A stretch of 64,000 bases of DNA, taken from positions 160,001 through 224,000 of the forward strand of contig CAWEMM010000002.1 in assembly GCA_963810095.1 (NCBI GenBank). The letters run 5' to 3'. Under the pieces are notes generated by a model. That model searched no databases and had not been told where the DNA came from. It saw only the letters and a program-made list of their open reading frames with translations. The DNA is from an uncultured Chloroflexia bacterium (GTDB lineage: Bacteria > Chloroflexota > Anaerolineae > CG2-30-64-16). This document shows positions 10,629-20,515 of this stretch, piece by piece (position 1 is the stretch's first letter; the number at the start of each line of letters is the position of its first letter). The position numbers and the translations under genes are program-made.

Positions 10629-11840
10629 ATGATCAACTGGTCCGCGCGCCGTAAAGCGGCGACGATCCTCCTCTTCACCGGACCGATGCTCCTCGGTCTG
10701 CTCATCTTCAATGTCTACCCCATCGCCTTCAGCTTCTTTATCTCGCTCACGAACCGCAACCGGTTCCGCCCGTTCCCCAACTGCGACATGACGATCAACA
10801 GGATCCTGGAGCCGACCTGTTGGGGGATCAGCAAGCCGCAAACCGGCCTGGGCCAAAAATACAGCATTGCAAATCCCATCTTTGCCAACTACGCGGATTT
10901 ACTCGGCCAGTTCTTCGCCCCCACGTCCCTGATTAACCTGGTCAAAATCCTCGCCGTCTTCATTCCGCTGATCATTGCCTGGCAAGTCAACAAGCGGATG
11001 GGTAAGGGGCTTACGCGGTCGATCCCTGCCTGGGCCATCTGGTTAGCCGGGTTGCTGGGGTTGCTGGCAGTGGCGGCCCTCGTCAACCTGCCGGTGGCTT
11101 ATCGGACGCTCATCAACTCGGGCGACTTCGTTTCTGTGATCGTGCAAACCGTCCTCTACGTGGCGATTCGCGTGCCGCTGACCCTGGTCCTGGCCATGCT
11201 GCTGGCATTGGTGCTCAACACGAACGTGCCGGGCCGCACCTTCTTCAGGGTGCTCCTGTTTGTTCCGTGGGCGGCCTCCTCGTTGTCGATCCTGATCGCG
11301 CTGATTTGGCAGTTCTTCTTCCGCCAGCAGGGCACCATCAATCAGCTCTTGCACGCGGTCTTCGGTATCAACGGTCCCGCTTATCTCAACATGGACTGGT
11401 GGGCGTTCACGGCGATCGTCATCGCGGATATATGGTTCTCGTATCCCTTCTTGATGATCATCATCCTGGGCGCGTTGCAGTCGATCCCGCTCGACCAGTA
11501 CGAGGCGGCCGAAATCGACGGCGCTTCCTGGAGCGCGCAGTTCAGGAACATTACGCTGCCGCTGCTGCGCCCGGCGATCCTGCCCGCGATCGTGTTGACC
11601 TCGATCACGGCGTTCCAGATGTTCGGCACCGCGTATGCCATGACGGCCGGCGGCCCCACCAAGGGTGCGGGCAAGCCCGGGTTCACCGAGTTCGTCATGG
11701 TGTACGCGTACAAGCAGGTCTTCCAGACGCAGAACTACGGCAAGATGGGCGCTTTCGCGGTGATCATCTTCATCTTGCTCTTCGCCGCCACGCTCTACAG
11801 CCTCCGCATCACCCGCATCACGAAAGGAGCCTACGAATGA
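10629..11840 (+). CDS. Carbohydrate ABC transporter permease (MalF-like)
   Basis: EAA loop YEAAEIDGAS...FRNITLPLL; multiple TM helices. Confidence 0.92.
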   Translation: MINWSARRKAATILLFTGPMLLGLLIFNVYPIAFSFFISLTNRNRFRPFPNCDMTINRILEPTCWGISKPQTGLGQKYSIANPIFANYADLLGQFFAPTSLINLVKILAVFIPLIIAWQVNKRMGKGLTRSIPAWAIWLAGLLGLLAVAALVNLPVAYRTLINSGDFVSVIVQTVLYVAIRVPLTLVLAMLLALVLNTNVPGRTFFRVLLFVPWAASSLSILIALIWQFFFRQQGTINQLLHAVFGINGPAYLNMDWWAFTAIVIADIWFSYPFLMIIILGALQSIPLDQYEAAEIDGASWSAQFRNITLPLLRPAILPAIVLTSITAFQMFGTAYAMTAGGPTKGAGKPGFTEFVMVYAYKQVFQTQNYGKMGAFAVIIFILLFAATLYSLRITRITKGAYE

Positions 11841-12682
11841 AACGACGCACCAGTCCCGGCGTACGGATCCTTCAATACGTGGTGTTGGCCCTGGCAGCCC
11901 TGTTTGCCTTCTACCCGGTTTGGTTCGCAATCCTCGCGTCCGGCCGCCTGGGCAGCCGGCTCTATACGCTTAACCTGCCCGGTATGTTCTTTCCGACTGA
12001 ATGGACGTTCGAAAACTACCGCGCCATGCTGTTCGACAAGCCGTTCCTCACCTGGCTGAAGAACAGCCTCATGGTCGCGGCCATCACCATGGGGACGTCC
12101 ATGTTGGTGGCGACCTCGGCGGGCTTTGCGTTCTCACGCTTCCGCTTCCGGGGCCGGGAGATCGGCCTGATCTTCTTCCTCGCGCTCCAGGCGTTCCCCG
12201 GCGTCCTGGCGCTGATCCCGGTGGCGCAACTGCTGGCGGCGCTTGGTCTGTACGGCTCGAAGCTCGGCCTGGTGTTTGCCTACACGACCGGCACCCTGAT
12301 CTTCTGCACTTGGAACCTCAAGGGGTATTTTGACACCATTCCCATAGATCTCGAGGAGGCAGGCATGATCGACGGCGCGGGCCCGGTCCAGTCCTTCCTC
12401 CTCATCGCGCTGCCGTTGGCCCGGCCCGCGCTGGCCGTGACTGCGCTCTTTGCGTTCCTGGCCGGCTGGAGCGACTTCGTGTTCGCGTCGGTGCTCGTGC
12501 CCGCGCCCGATACGGCCAAGATGCTCGTCCCCGGCATGTACAGCCTGGCGAACAGCCAGAGCGTACCCTGGGGTTACTTCGCGGCGGGCGCCGTCATGAT
12601 CATCATCCCGGTGGCCGCGCTGTTCCTGTACCTGCAGCGCTTCTTCGAGTCTGGCCTCACGCTCGGCGGCGTGAAGGGTTAG
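11837..12682 (+). CDS. Carbohydrate ABC transporter permease (MalG-like)
   Basis: ATGA overlap, AAGGAG RBS; LKGYFDTIPIDLEEAGMIDGA; ends GLTLGGVKG. Confidence 0.92.
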   Translation: MKRRTSPGVRILQYVVLALAALFAFYPVWFAILASGRLGSRLYTLNLPGMFFPTEWTFENYRAMLFDKPFLTWLKNSLMVAAITMGTSMLVATSAGFAFSRFRFRGREIGLIFFLALQAFPGVLALIPVAQLLAALGLYGSKLGLVFAYTTGTLIFCTWNLKGYFDTIPIDLEEAGMIDGAGPVQSFLLIALPLARPALAVTALFAFLAGWSDFVFASVLVPAPDTAKMLVPGMYSLANSQSVPWGYFAAGAVMIIIPVAALFLYLQRFFESGLTLGGVKG

Positions 12683-12687
12683 CTCTC

Positions 12688-12750
12688 ACCACAGAGACAC
12701 AAAGGCACGAAGGAACACGAGCGAAGTTGGGCCTTTGTGTCTTTGTGTTT
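12688..12750. repeat. Intergenic palindromic repeat, family A
   Basis: CACAGAGACACAAAGGC ... GCCTTTGTGTCTTTGTG. Confidence 0.7.
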
Positions 12751-12774
12751 AAGGGACCGGTAGTATACTCACCC

Positions 12775-14884
12775 GTGATGAGACTGCTGCATTCGACGCG
12801 CTTCTGGATTGTTCTCGCCATCGTCTCCCTGACGGCGGTGCTGCACCTGTATGCCGTGACGCGGCTGCCGCTTGACTTTGACGAGCCCGACTACGTCCAG
12901 GCGGGCTACGGCTATGCGGCCGCGCTCAAGGCAGGCGACGTCGGCCGCGTCATCGACTACTCGTTCAACCCCGAACATCCCCCACTGGTTAAGCTGACCT
13001 ACGGCCTGGGGATCCTGGCGCTGGGTGAGAAAGCGAACCTCGCCGGCGCACTTTACGCCGCGCGGCTCATCTCCGCGATCTTCGGGGTGCTGGCCGTGTT
13101 GATCCTGGCACTGGTCGACCCGCTGGCGGGCGGGCTGTTCGCGGTGCATACGCTCTTTATCAAGTACACCAGCCAGGCCTATCTCGAAGCGCTCCCGCTC
13201 TTTGCCGGGTTGGCGGCCGTGCTCGCCCTGACCCGGTGGCGCGGCGGCCGTGACAAGTGGTTGTGGCTCTCTGCCATCGCACTCGGCATGACCGCGGCCG
13301 GCAAGTTCACCTACTTCCCCGTCATCTTCCCGATCGTCTACCTGCTGTTTCGCCGGCGGCCTCGCTGGAGAGACGTGCTGATCTATCTCGGAGCCGGCGT
13401 CGCCACTTTCCTCGCACTCAATCCCCGGCTCTGGCATGATCCGCTTGGGCGGTTCGCCGACATGCTCCTGTTTCACGTCCGCTATTCGCAAGGGTACAAC
13501 GTCCAGCGCTCCGGCTATCCCTGGTACCAGCCCTTCCTTTGGCTGTCGCGGCCCGTGCCGTGGCACCCCCAGGTCTTCTTCTACGGTGGACTTGACGCGG
13601 TCGTATTCTGGCTGGCGGCGGCCGGCGCATACCTCGAACGCCGCGCGCGGCCTTGGGTCACCGTTTGGCTGATCGGCGGCATCGTCGTGCTGCTGCTCTG
13701 GCCCACAAAGTGGCCCCAGTACACCCTGGTGCTGGTCCCGCCGCTCTGTCTCGCGGCGGCGACGGCGCTCCGGGCGCTGTGGCGCCTGGTGCTGAACTGG
13801 GAGGACCGCTGGAGCTGGGTGCGCTCGATCTTCCCTGCGCCGGGCCGGTCCTTCTGGATCGTGGCCGGGTTGATCGTCGCGGCATTCCTCGTCGGGATGA
13901 CGCTCAACTCCATTCGCACCGCGGTCATGGGCCTGCCCTGGTCGCACCTGACCGCCGAAACCACACCGCTCCCTGGCAACACCGTGCACCGCATTCTGAG
14001 GCTGCAGGACGGCCGGATGGCGGTAGCCACGGATCATGGGCTGGCGCTGTGGACGCCGGAAGCCGCCACCGACGTGCCCGACCGGTGGGACGTGTTTACG
14101 ACGGGAGCGGGGCAACTGCCGGGCGACGTCGTCCTGGCGCTGGCCGAGGACAAGGACGCGGGCCTGTGGGCGGGGACGGTGGGCGGGCTGGCTCATTTCG
14201 ACGGCACTCGGTGGCAATCTTTCGCCCCGGCCAGCCTGGGCCTTAAGGGCAACCGGGTTAACGCGCTCGGCCTGGATAGTGCCGGCCGGCTGTGGGCCGG
14301 CACCGAAGGGGGCGCCGCGGTCTTTGACGGTGCGACCTGGCAAACGTACACGGCGGCAACCTCGGGCCTGGCATCGGACTACATCCTTTCACTCGCCGTC
14401 GAGCCGCGACCTACCGGCGACGTGGTCTGGTTCGGGCTCATGGACCGCATCAGCCGGCTGGACACGACGACGGGCGAGTGGACCACGATTTCGGCCCCAG
14501 AGGCGCAGCTTGGGGCCCGGCGGGATCGGCTGGCTGTACCTCGATCGTGCCGGCCGGTTATGGGCGTGTTCCCTCGGGGGCGGCATGAGCCGCTGGGATG
14601 GGAGCTCGTGGACCGGCTTCCGCACGAGCAACTCGGGCATTCCAAACGAGACCGTACAGACCGTTTTCGAGAGCCCCTCTGGCGTCATGTGGGTTGGCAC
14701 GGCGCCGCCTTTCATCGCCGGGGGCACCCTGTCGGCCTTCGACGGCGAGAAGTGGCAGCATTACACGAGCGAAAACTCAGGGTATTCAGGCGCCGAACCC
14801 CTGACCATCGCCGAGGACGCCGAAGGGAAGCTGTGGATCGGCACGCAAACTGCCGGTATTGACATCTTGCGGCCGGAACGTTAG
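12775..14884 (+). CDS. ArnT/PMT-like membrane glycosyltransferase fused to a beta-propeller (two-component-regulator propeller repeats); frameshift near 14514
   Basis: DFDEPDY and NPEHPPLVK in a multi-TM N-terminus; repeated D-xx-G-x-L-W-x-G-T blades continuing in ORF 14036-14884; extra G in the run 14512-14515. Confidence 0.78.
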
Positions 14885-14970
14885 TCCCAGTCGGCGAGAA
14901 CCGGATCGCGCGTGGACGCTGCCCGAGCGCCGGGGTGGTGGAGCACACTTTTTGATTGGAGTTGGGGTAG

Positions 14971-16588
14971 ATGGAAGAGTTCACGTTTGGGACGGTTGCG
15001 ACGGACGAACTGAAATTGCTGCACCACCGGGCCGCCCGTCACGGGATACAGCACGACCACATGCTGTCGCCATACGACCCGGCACCCGGCGCCGCGGTGA
15101 CCGTGGCAGTCCGCCTCGGGCCAGACTTGAATGCTGACCGCGTGGCCTGCTACTACACTACAGACGGCACGGATCCGGTGGGCAGGTACGGCGTGGCAGC
15201 CAATGGCAGCGCCGTCGCGCTGACGCGGGCCGACACCACGTGGGACACGCTAACGTGGGGATATCTTGTTCGCTGGCAGGGCGAGATTCCGGGCCAGCCG
15301 TCTGGCGTGCAGGTGCGCTATCGCATCGGTGCATGGTCGGAAGGAGGACCGGAAATCTTCGCCGACGCGCCCACGGTGCTGGACGTCCTGGAGAAAGCCT
15401 CCACCGCGTTCTTTCAGGGCAAGCCTCTCCCTGCGATGATGGAAGCGCGGCCGGGCCGGGGCAGCGTCTTCAGCTACTTCAGCGACCCCATCGGCCCGCC
15501 CGACTGGGCGCGGCAGGCCATCATCTACCAGATCTTCGTGGACCGCTTCTCGCCCGGCGTGGGCCGCGACTGGCTCCAGACGACAAACCTGCGCACGGCC
15601 ATGGGCGGCACGCTGTGGGGCGTGCGTGACCATCTCGACCACATTTCCGAGTTGGGCGCTAACTGCCTGTGGCTCACCCCCATCTTCACCAGCAACACGC
15701 ACCATGGCTACGATGCGCTCGACCTGATGCGGGTGGAGCCGCGCTTCGGCGGAGAAGAGGCGCTCCGCGCCGTGATCGACGGCGCACACGAGCGCGGTAT
15801 CCGCGTGATTCTCGACATCGCGCTCAACCATATCTCGCACCAGCACCCCATCTTTCTCTCCGCTGCCGGCGGCCCGGAGAGTGCGTATCGCGATTGGTTC
15901 ACGTTCGACGATTCCCCGATTGGCTACCGCACCTTCGCCGAAGTCCGCTCGATGCCGCAAGTAAACGTGGCAAATGCAGACGCCCGGCGCTGGCTGATCG
16001 ACATCGGGAGATTCTGGCTGGAAGAGTTCGGCGTGGACGGCTACCGCCTGGACTACGCCAACGGGCCGGGCCCAGACTTCTGGGGCGAGTTCACGAGGGC
16101 GGTGAAAGCCGTGCGGCCTGACTGCTTCTGCTTCGGCGAGATCATCGAGACGCCGGACCACATGCGGCAGTACGTGGGCCGGCTGGATGGCTGCCTGGAC
16201 TTTCACGTGTGCGAGATGCTCCGGCGGACGTTCGCGTTGGGCACCCGCTCGGAAGATGACCTGGCGCGTTTCCTCGAGCGGCACGCCGCTTATTTCCCAT
16301 CCAACTTCGTGATGCCCACCTTCGTCGACAATCACGACATGGACCGTTTTCTCTTCGTGGCGAAGGGCGACAAGGAAGCGCTGCGCCGGGCGGTGAGCGT
16401 CCAGATGCGGCTGCCCGGTCCGCCCGTCATTTACTACGGCACGGAGGTCGGGCTCGAGCAGACGGTGTCGAAGACCCCTGCGCTGGGCCTGGACGTTTGC
16501 CGTGTGCCGATGGAATGGGGCGGTGGACAAGACCGCGGATCTGTTCGCGTTTTACCGGGAGCAGATCAGGGAGCGACAGGCGCGGTAG
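14971..16588 (+). CDS. GH13 alpha-amylase family hydrolase (neopullulanase/cyclomaltodextrinase-like); frameshift near 16533
   Basis: YQIFVDRF, HHGYD, DIALNH, DGYRLD, FGE, DNHD, YYGTE; corrected C-terminus DADLFAFYREQIRERQAR*. Confidence 0.9.
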
Positions 16589-16590
16589 GA

Positions 16591-16763
16591 TCTGGAACGC
16601 GAGGGCGCGAAGGTGGGCAAGGGCGCGAAGCGCGAAGGTTGGAACGACAAGGGCGCGAAGCGCGAAGGCGCCAGCAAGGCTGGCGTGGGCGAAGAACGCA
16701 CGCCGGCTCGGTAGCCTTCGTGCTTCGCGTTTTCGCTGCGCTTCGTGGCTTCGTGTTCCAACC
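16591..16763. repeat. Intergenic palindromic repeat, family A (long copy)
   Basis: GGAACGCGA/GGCGCGAAG units followed by inverted CTTCGTG/CTTCGCG...GTTCCAACC. Confidence 0.7.
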
Positions 16764-16842
16764 GTCTTGCGCGAAATCCTACTTCACGCTCGCTCACCGT
16801 CGAGGCTTTGCGCTACGCTTGTGGGGGTGCTAGAATTCCGCC

Positions 16843-17370
16843 ATGCACATCTATCGCGCCGACTTACGCGACCTGGCCGGCTGCCTCCAACTCGACGGCT
16901 CATACGAGACGGAGTTTGTCTGGCAGATTACCCAGCAGCAGGAAGCCGGACAGGTCGTGACGCGCTTCGCGCAGGCACGGCTGCCGCGGCCAATGCAGGT
17001 GCAGTATCCGGGCTGGAGCGAGGCGCTGCTTGCGCACCAACAGCGGGGAGACCTGATCCTGGTGGCCGCCGCCGCAATGCAAGTGCATGGCTATATCGAC
17101 CAGGAAACCCAGCCCGACCAGGGCGTCGCTTGGGTTCATCACCTTGTCATCGCGCCCGAACACCGGCGCCAGGGAGTAGGCTCGGCACTGCTCGCCCGCG
17201 GCCTCCAGCATGCCCGGCAGCAAGGGCTGGCGCAGCTCATGACGGCCGTGCAGAGCAAAAACTATCCGGCGATCCAATTCCTGCAGAAGCACGCTTTCAA
17301 GTTCTGTGGGTACAACGAGCGGTATTACCGTAGCAGAGATATCGCACTGTATTTCGCACGCATGTCGTAG
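16843..17370 (+). CDS. GNAT acetyltransferase
   Basis: HRRQGVGSALL acetyl-CoA motif A; NYPAIQF motif B. Confidence 0.9.
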   Translation: MHIYRADLRDLAGCLQLDGSYETEFVWQITQQQEAGQVVTRFAQARLPRPMQVQYPGWSEALLAHQQRGDLILVAAAAMQVHGYIDQETQPDQGVAWVHHLVIAPEHRRQGVGSALLARGLQHARQQGLAQLMTAVQSKNYPAIQFLQKHAFKFCGYNERYYRSRDIALYFARMS

Positions 17371-17376
17371 GGTGAA

Positions 17377-19356
17377 ATGATTGAGTCCTCGGGCCTCACT
17401 TGGCCCGTGATCCTGGCGTTCGCCAACCTCCTTTTGTCCTCGGCCATCGTCATCACTGCCTTTTCGCTTCTCGGGTTCATGCTGACCCGGAACCTGCGGA
17501 GTGCGGTGGCCCAGACGTTTAGCATACTTCTGACTTGCGTCCTGATTGTTTTTGCCATCGATATCATCGTGCCCCGGGTCGAGAGCGCGCACGCCGCGAG
17601 CGTCTGGATGCGCTTGCAGTGGATTGGGATTGGCTTGGTGCCGGCAGGCTACCTGCACTTCTCGGATGCGGTGCTGCGGACGACCGGGCATTGGTCGCTC
17701 CGTCGCCGGGCGGTGGTGATCGCGAGCTACCTCTTCAGCGGCACGCTCGTGTTGATGGCGCTGTTCACGAACCTGGTGGTGCGCGCCGCGCCGCTGACCG
17801 CACCCGTCACATCCCTTGAGCCCGGGCCCCTCTTCCCACTGTTCGTGGCCTACTTCGTCGCCACGGCCGTCTACGGTGGCTACAACGTCTATCGCGCCCG
17901 GCGCCGCTGCCTTACGCCCACTTCCCGCCGGCGCATGACCTATCTGACCGTGTCCTTCGCAGCGCCCGGCCTGGGCGTCTTCCCTTACTTGCTGACGCTC
18001 GGCGCAGCGGATACGCCCCCGCTCCCACTGGTGCTGCTGATCTCGCTCGTGGCGAACTTCGCCGTCGGGACGATGCTGGTGGTGATGGCCTACGCGGTGA
18101 CCTATCTCGGTGTACTGTCGCCCGAACGTGTCATCAAGCATGACCTGGCGCACTATCTGCTGCGCGGGCCGGTGGTCGGCACGGTGGTGATCGTGGTGAT
18201 GCTGGTCATCCCCCGGGTCGAGCTCATTCTCGGCCTGCCGCGTGAGACCGCGCTCATCTTTGCCGTAGTCGGCGTCATGGTGCTGGGTCAGCTTGCCGTT
18301 AACCTCGCGAAGCCCTGGATCGACCGCTTGCTCTATCCGGAGGACCGGGAGGAAATCGCGTGGATTCAAACGCTCGACCAGCGGCTGCTGACCTCGGGCG
18401 AGGTGCGCCAGTTTCTGACCAACATCCTGATCAGCCTGTGCGATATGATGCGCGTGCCCAATGGTTTCGTGATGGTGCAGACCGACGACGGGCTGCGGGT
18501 AGAGGCGGTGGCCGGCGACGCGCATATGCCCGCGGCTTATGTCGGCAGCCCGGCCGCGGCCGAGATCTGGCAGAGCTTTGCCCGGAACGGCGCGGGCAAT
18601 GGCGCGGATGAGGAAGCCGGCGATAATACGGGGCAGGCGACCTTCTACCCGGACACAGGGTTTTGGTTTTGTCCCTTGCGCAGCCAGGACGGCGCCCGGC
18701 TGCTGGGCCTGCTCGCCGTGGTGGCCCGCACGCCGGACGTGCAGATGGACGAGGACGAGCGGGCCGAGGCAGAGGCCCTGCTGATGCAGGCGGGCGCCGC
18801 GGTGGCAGACCGGTATGTGCAAGAAGGGGTGTTCGCCACGCTGCAGACCATCCTCCCCGACCTCGAGCGGATCCAGGAGTGGCGGAGCGTGGTGCGCTAC
18901 GCGTCGCCCCTGCCGCCAGCCGAGTATGTGACGTCGGAGGCCCCCGAGGATACGCAGCAGCTCCTGGCGCAGACCACGTGGCAGCAATGGGTCAAGGACG
19001 CGCTCAGCCATTATTGGGGCGGACCGAAGCTGACCGAGAGCCCGCTCATGGACCTGCGGCTCGTGCGGCGCAGGCTGAAGGCGGTCGACGGCAATCTGAC
19101 GGCGGCCTTGCGAGCGGTGCTCCAGGAAGCCATCGAACGGCAACGGCCGCCCGGCGATCGCAAGCTTAACGCATCCGAGTGGTTGGTGTACAATATCCTC
19201 GATCTGCGGTTTGTTCAGGGTCAGCGCGTCTTGGATATCTCGCGGCGGTTATCTATGAGTGAATCAGATCTTTATCGCAAGCAGCGCGTGGCAGTCGCGG
19301 CGGTGGCACGGACCCTCGCCGAGATGGAAGCCAGCCTCGACGGTGACGCTGACTGA
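17377..19356 (+). CDS. Membrane sensor with HisKA-7TM-like N-terminus, GAF-like middle and C-terminal HTH-like domain
   Basis: About 9 TM segments; C-terminal ILDLRFVQGQRVLDISRRLSMSESDLYRKQRVAV resembles a sigma-region-4 HTH. Confidence 0.72.
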   Translation: MIESSGLTWPVILAFANLLLSSAIVITAFSLLGFMLTRNLRSAVAQTFSILLTCVLIVFAIDIIVPRVESAHAASVWMRLQWIGIGLVPAGYLHFSDAVLRTTGHWSLRRRAVVIASYLFSGTLVLMALFTNLVVRAAPLTAPVTSLEPGPLFPLFVAYFVATAVYGGYNVYRARRRCLTPTSRRRMTYLTVSFAAPGLGVFPYLLTLGAADTPPLPLVLLISLVANFAVGTMLVVMAYAVTYLGVLSPERVIKHDLAHYLLRGPVVGTVVIVVMLVIPRVELILGLPRETALIFAVVGVMVLGQLAVNLAKPWIDRLLYPEDREEIAWIQTLDQRLLTSGEVRQFLTNILISLCDMMRVPNGFVMVQTDDGLRVEAVAGDAHMPAAYVGSPAAAEIWQSFARNGAGNGADEEAGDNTGQATFYPDTGFWFCPLRSQDGARLLGLLAVVARTPDVQMDEDERAEAEALLMQAGAAVADRYVQEGVFATLQTILPDLERIQEWRSVVRYASPLPPAEYVTSEAPEDTQQLLAQTTWQQWVKDALSHYWGGPKLTESPLMDLRLVRRRLKAVDGNLTAALRAVLQEAIERQRPPGDRKLNASEWLVYNILDLRFVQGQRVLDISRRLSMSESDLYRKQRVAVAAVARTLAEMEASLDGDAD

Positions 19357-19434
19357 AGAGGGCGTTGGAACGACGGACCGGCTGGAGCAGTTTGTCCGGT
19401 GAAGGCGAAATAACAGCTTATAGGAGCAATCGAG

Positions 19435-20418
19435 ATGGACGACGGATACTGGGCAGCGCTTCTGCGGGACGTGGAAGAAGAGCCGGACGCCGCCCGCACG
19501 GCTGAGGGTGAAGAAGCTGGTGGAGCAGGCGGCGCCGGCGCTCGGCGTTGGGCCGTTTCGGCCGGGGCGGACAGCGAAGAAGACTGGCAGCGCGCCGAGA
19601 CCCTGCTCGCGGACGGCGAGGTGGCTGACGTTCGAATTTCCGGTTTCAACCGAGGCGGCCTGCTGGCCGATTTCGGCGCACTGCAAGGGTTTATCCCCGC
19701 ATCGCACCTCACGGCGCCATTGCCGGGCCAGTCGCAGGAGCAGCGAGCCGCGGGCCTAGCCGCGCGGATCAACGAGACGCTCGCCGTGCGCGTCGTAGAA
19801 ATCGATCGGAGCCGCTGCCGCCTGATCCTCTCCGAACGGCTTGCGCGCGATAACAGCAAGGAAGCCGCGCTTCTCGCCAGCCTGCAGCCAGGGCAGATTC
19901 ATGCGGGAGTGGTCACAAGCCTGTGTCCCTTCGGCGCATTCGTCGATTTGGGCGGCTTCGAGGGTCTGATCCACATCTCTGAGCTTTCCTGGGGCCGGGT
20001 CAGTGCGCCGTCCGACGTCGTCAACCCCGGCGATCGCGTGCGGGTGCTCGTGCTGGAGACCAATCCCGACGAGCAGAAGGTTGCATTGAGCCTCAAGCGG
20101 CTGCAGCCCGACCCGTGGCAGGGAGTCGAAGACAGGTACCATCCGGGCCAGGTCATCGAGGCCGTTGTCACCAACGTAGTCAATTTCGGCGCGTTTGCAC
20201 GGGTTGAAGAGGGACTCGAGGGCCTGATTCACGTTTCCGAGCTGGCAGAAGGCAGCTTCATGCATCCCCGTAACGTGATTCGTGAAGGCGACAAAGTGCG
20301 GGCGCGTGTCATCGCCGTGGACGGAGCGAAACGCCGGATCGCCTTGACGCTGCGACCGGTCGATCCGGGGCGGAACAGCTACGAGCCGCCGCTGCCGCCT
20401 TCGTCCTGGGAGCTCTAG
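19435..20418 (+). CDS. S1 RNA-binding domain protein (3 S1 domains, ribosomal S1-like)
   Basis: [56 protein letters not shown]. Confidence 0.9.
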   Translation: MDDGYWAALLRDVEEEPDAARTAEGEEAGGAGGAGARRWAVSAGADSEEDWQRAETLLADGEVADVRISGFNRGGLLADFGALQGFIPASHLTAPLPGQSQEQRAAGLAARINETLAVRVVEIDRSRCRLILSERLARDNSKEAALLASLQPGQIHAGVVTSLCPFGAFVDLGGFEGLIHISELSWGRVSAPSDVVNPGDRVRVLVLETNPDEQKVALSLKRLQPDPWQGVEDRYHPGQVIEAVVTNVVNFGAFARVEEGLEGLIHVSELAEGSFMHPRNVIREGDKVRARVIAVDGAKRRIALTLRPVDPGRNSYEPPLPPSSWEL

Positions 20419-20440
20419 CGCGGGGCTCGCGTTGCGGAGG

Positions 20441-20485
20441 GGGCTCGACCATCGAGGGCTCGACGATCGAGGCCTCGACGGACGA
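20441..20485. repeat. 15-bp tandem repeat x3 upstream of ftsK
   Basis: GGGCTCGACCATCGA GGGCTCGACGATCGA GGCCTCGACGGACGA. Confidence 0.7.
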
Positions 20486-20515
20486 GGCACACGTGCGTCG
20501 CGAGAGGCGATTAAC

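Noticed and set aside
16900-19143. Long antisense/overlapping ORFs (e.g. 747 aa here, 1068-2951, 37102-38835, 59926-61602)
   Set aside because: Shadow ORFs of high-GC coding sequence with no recognisable motifs, opposite well-supported genes
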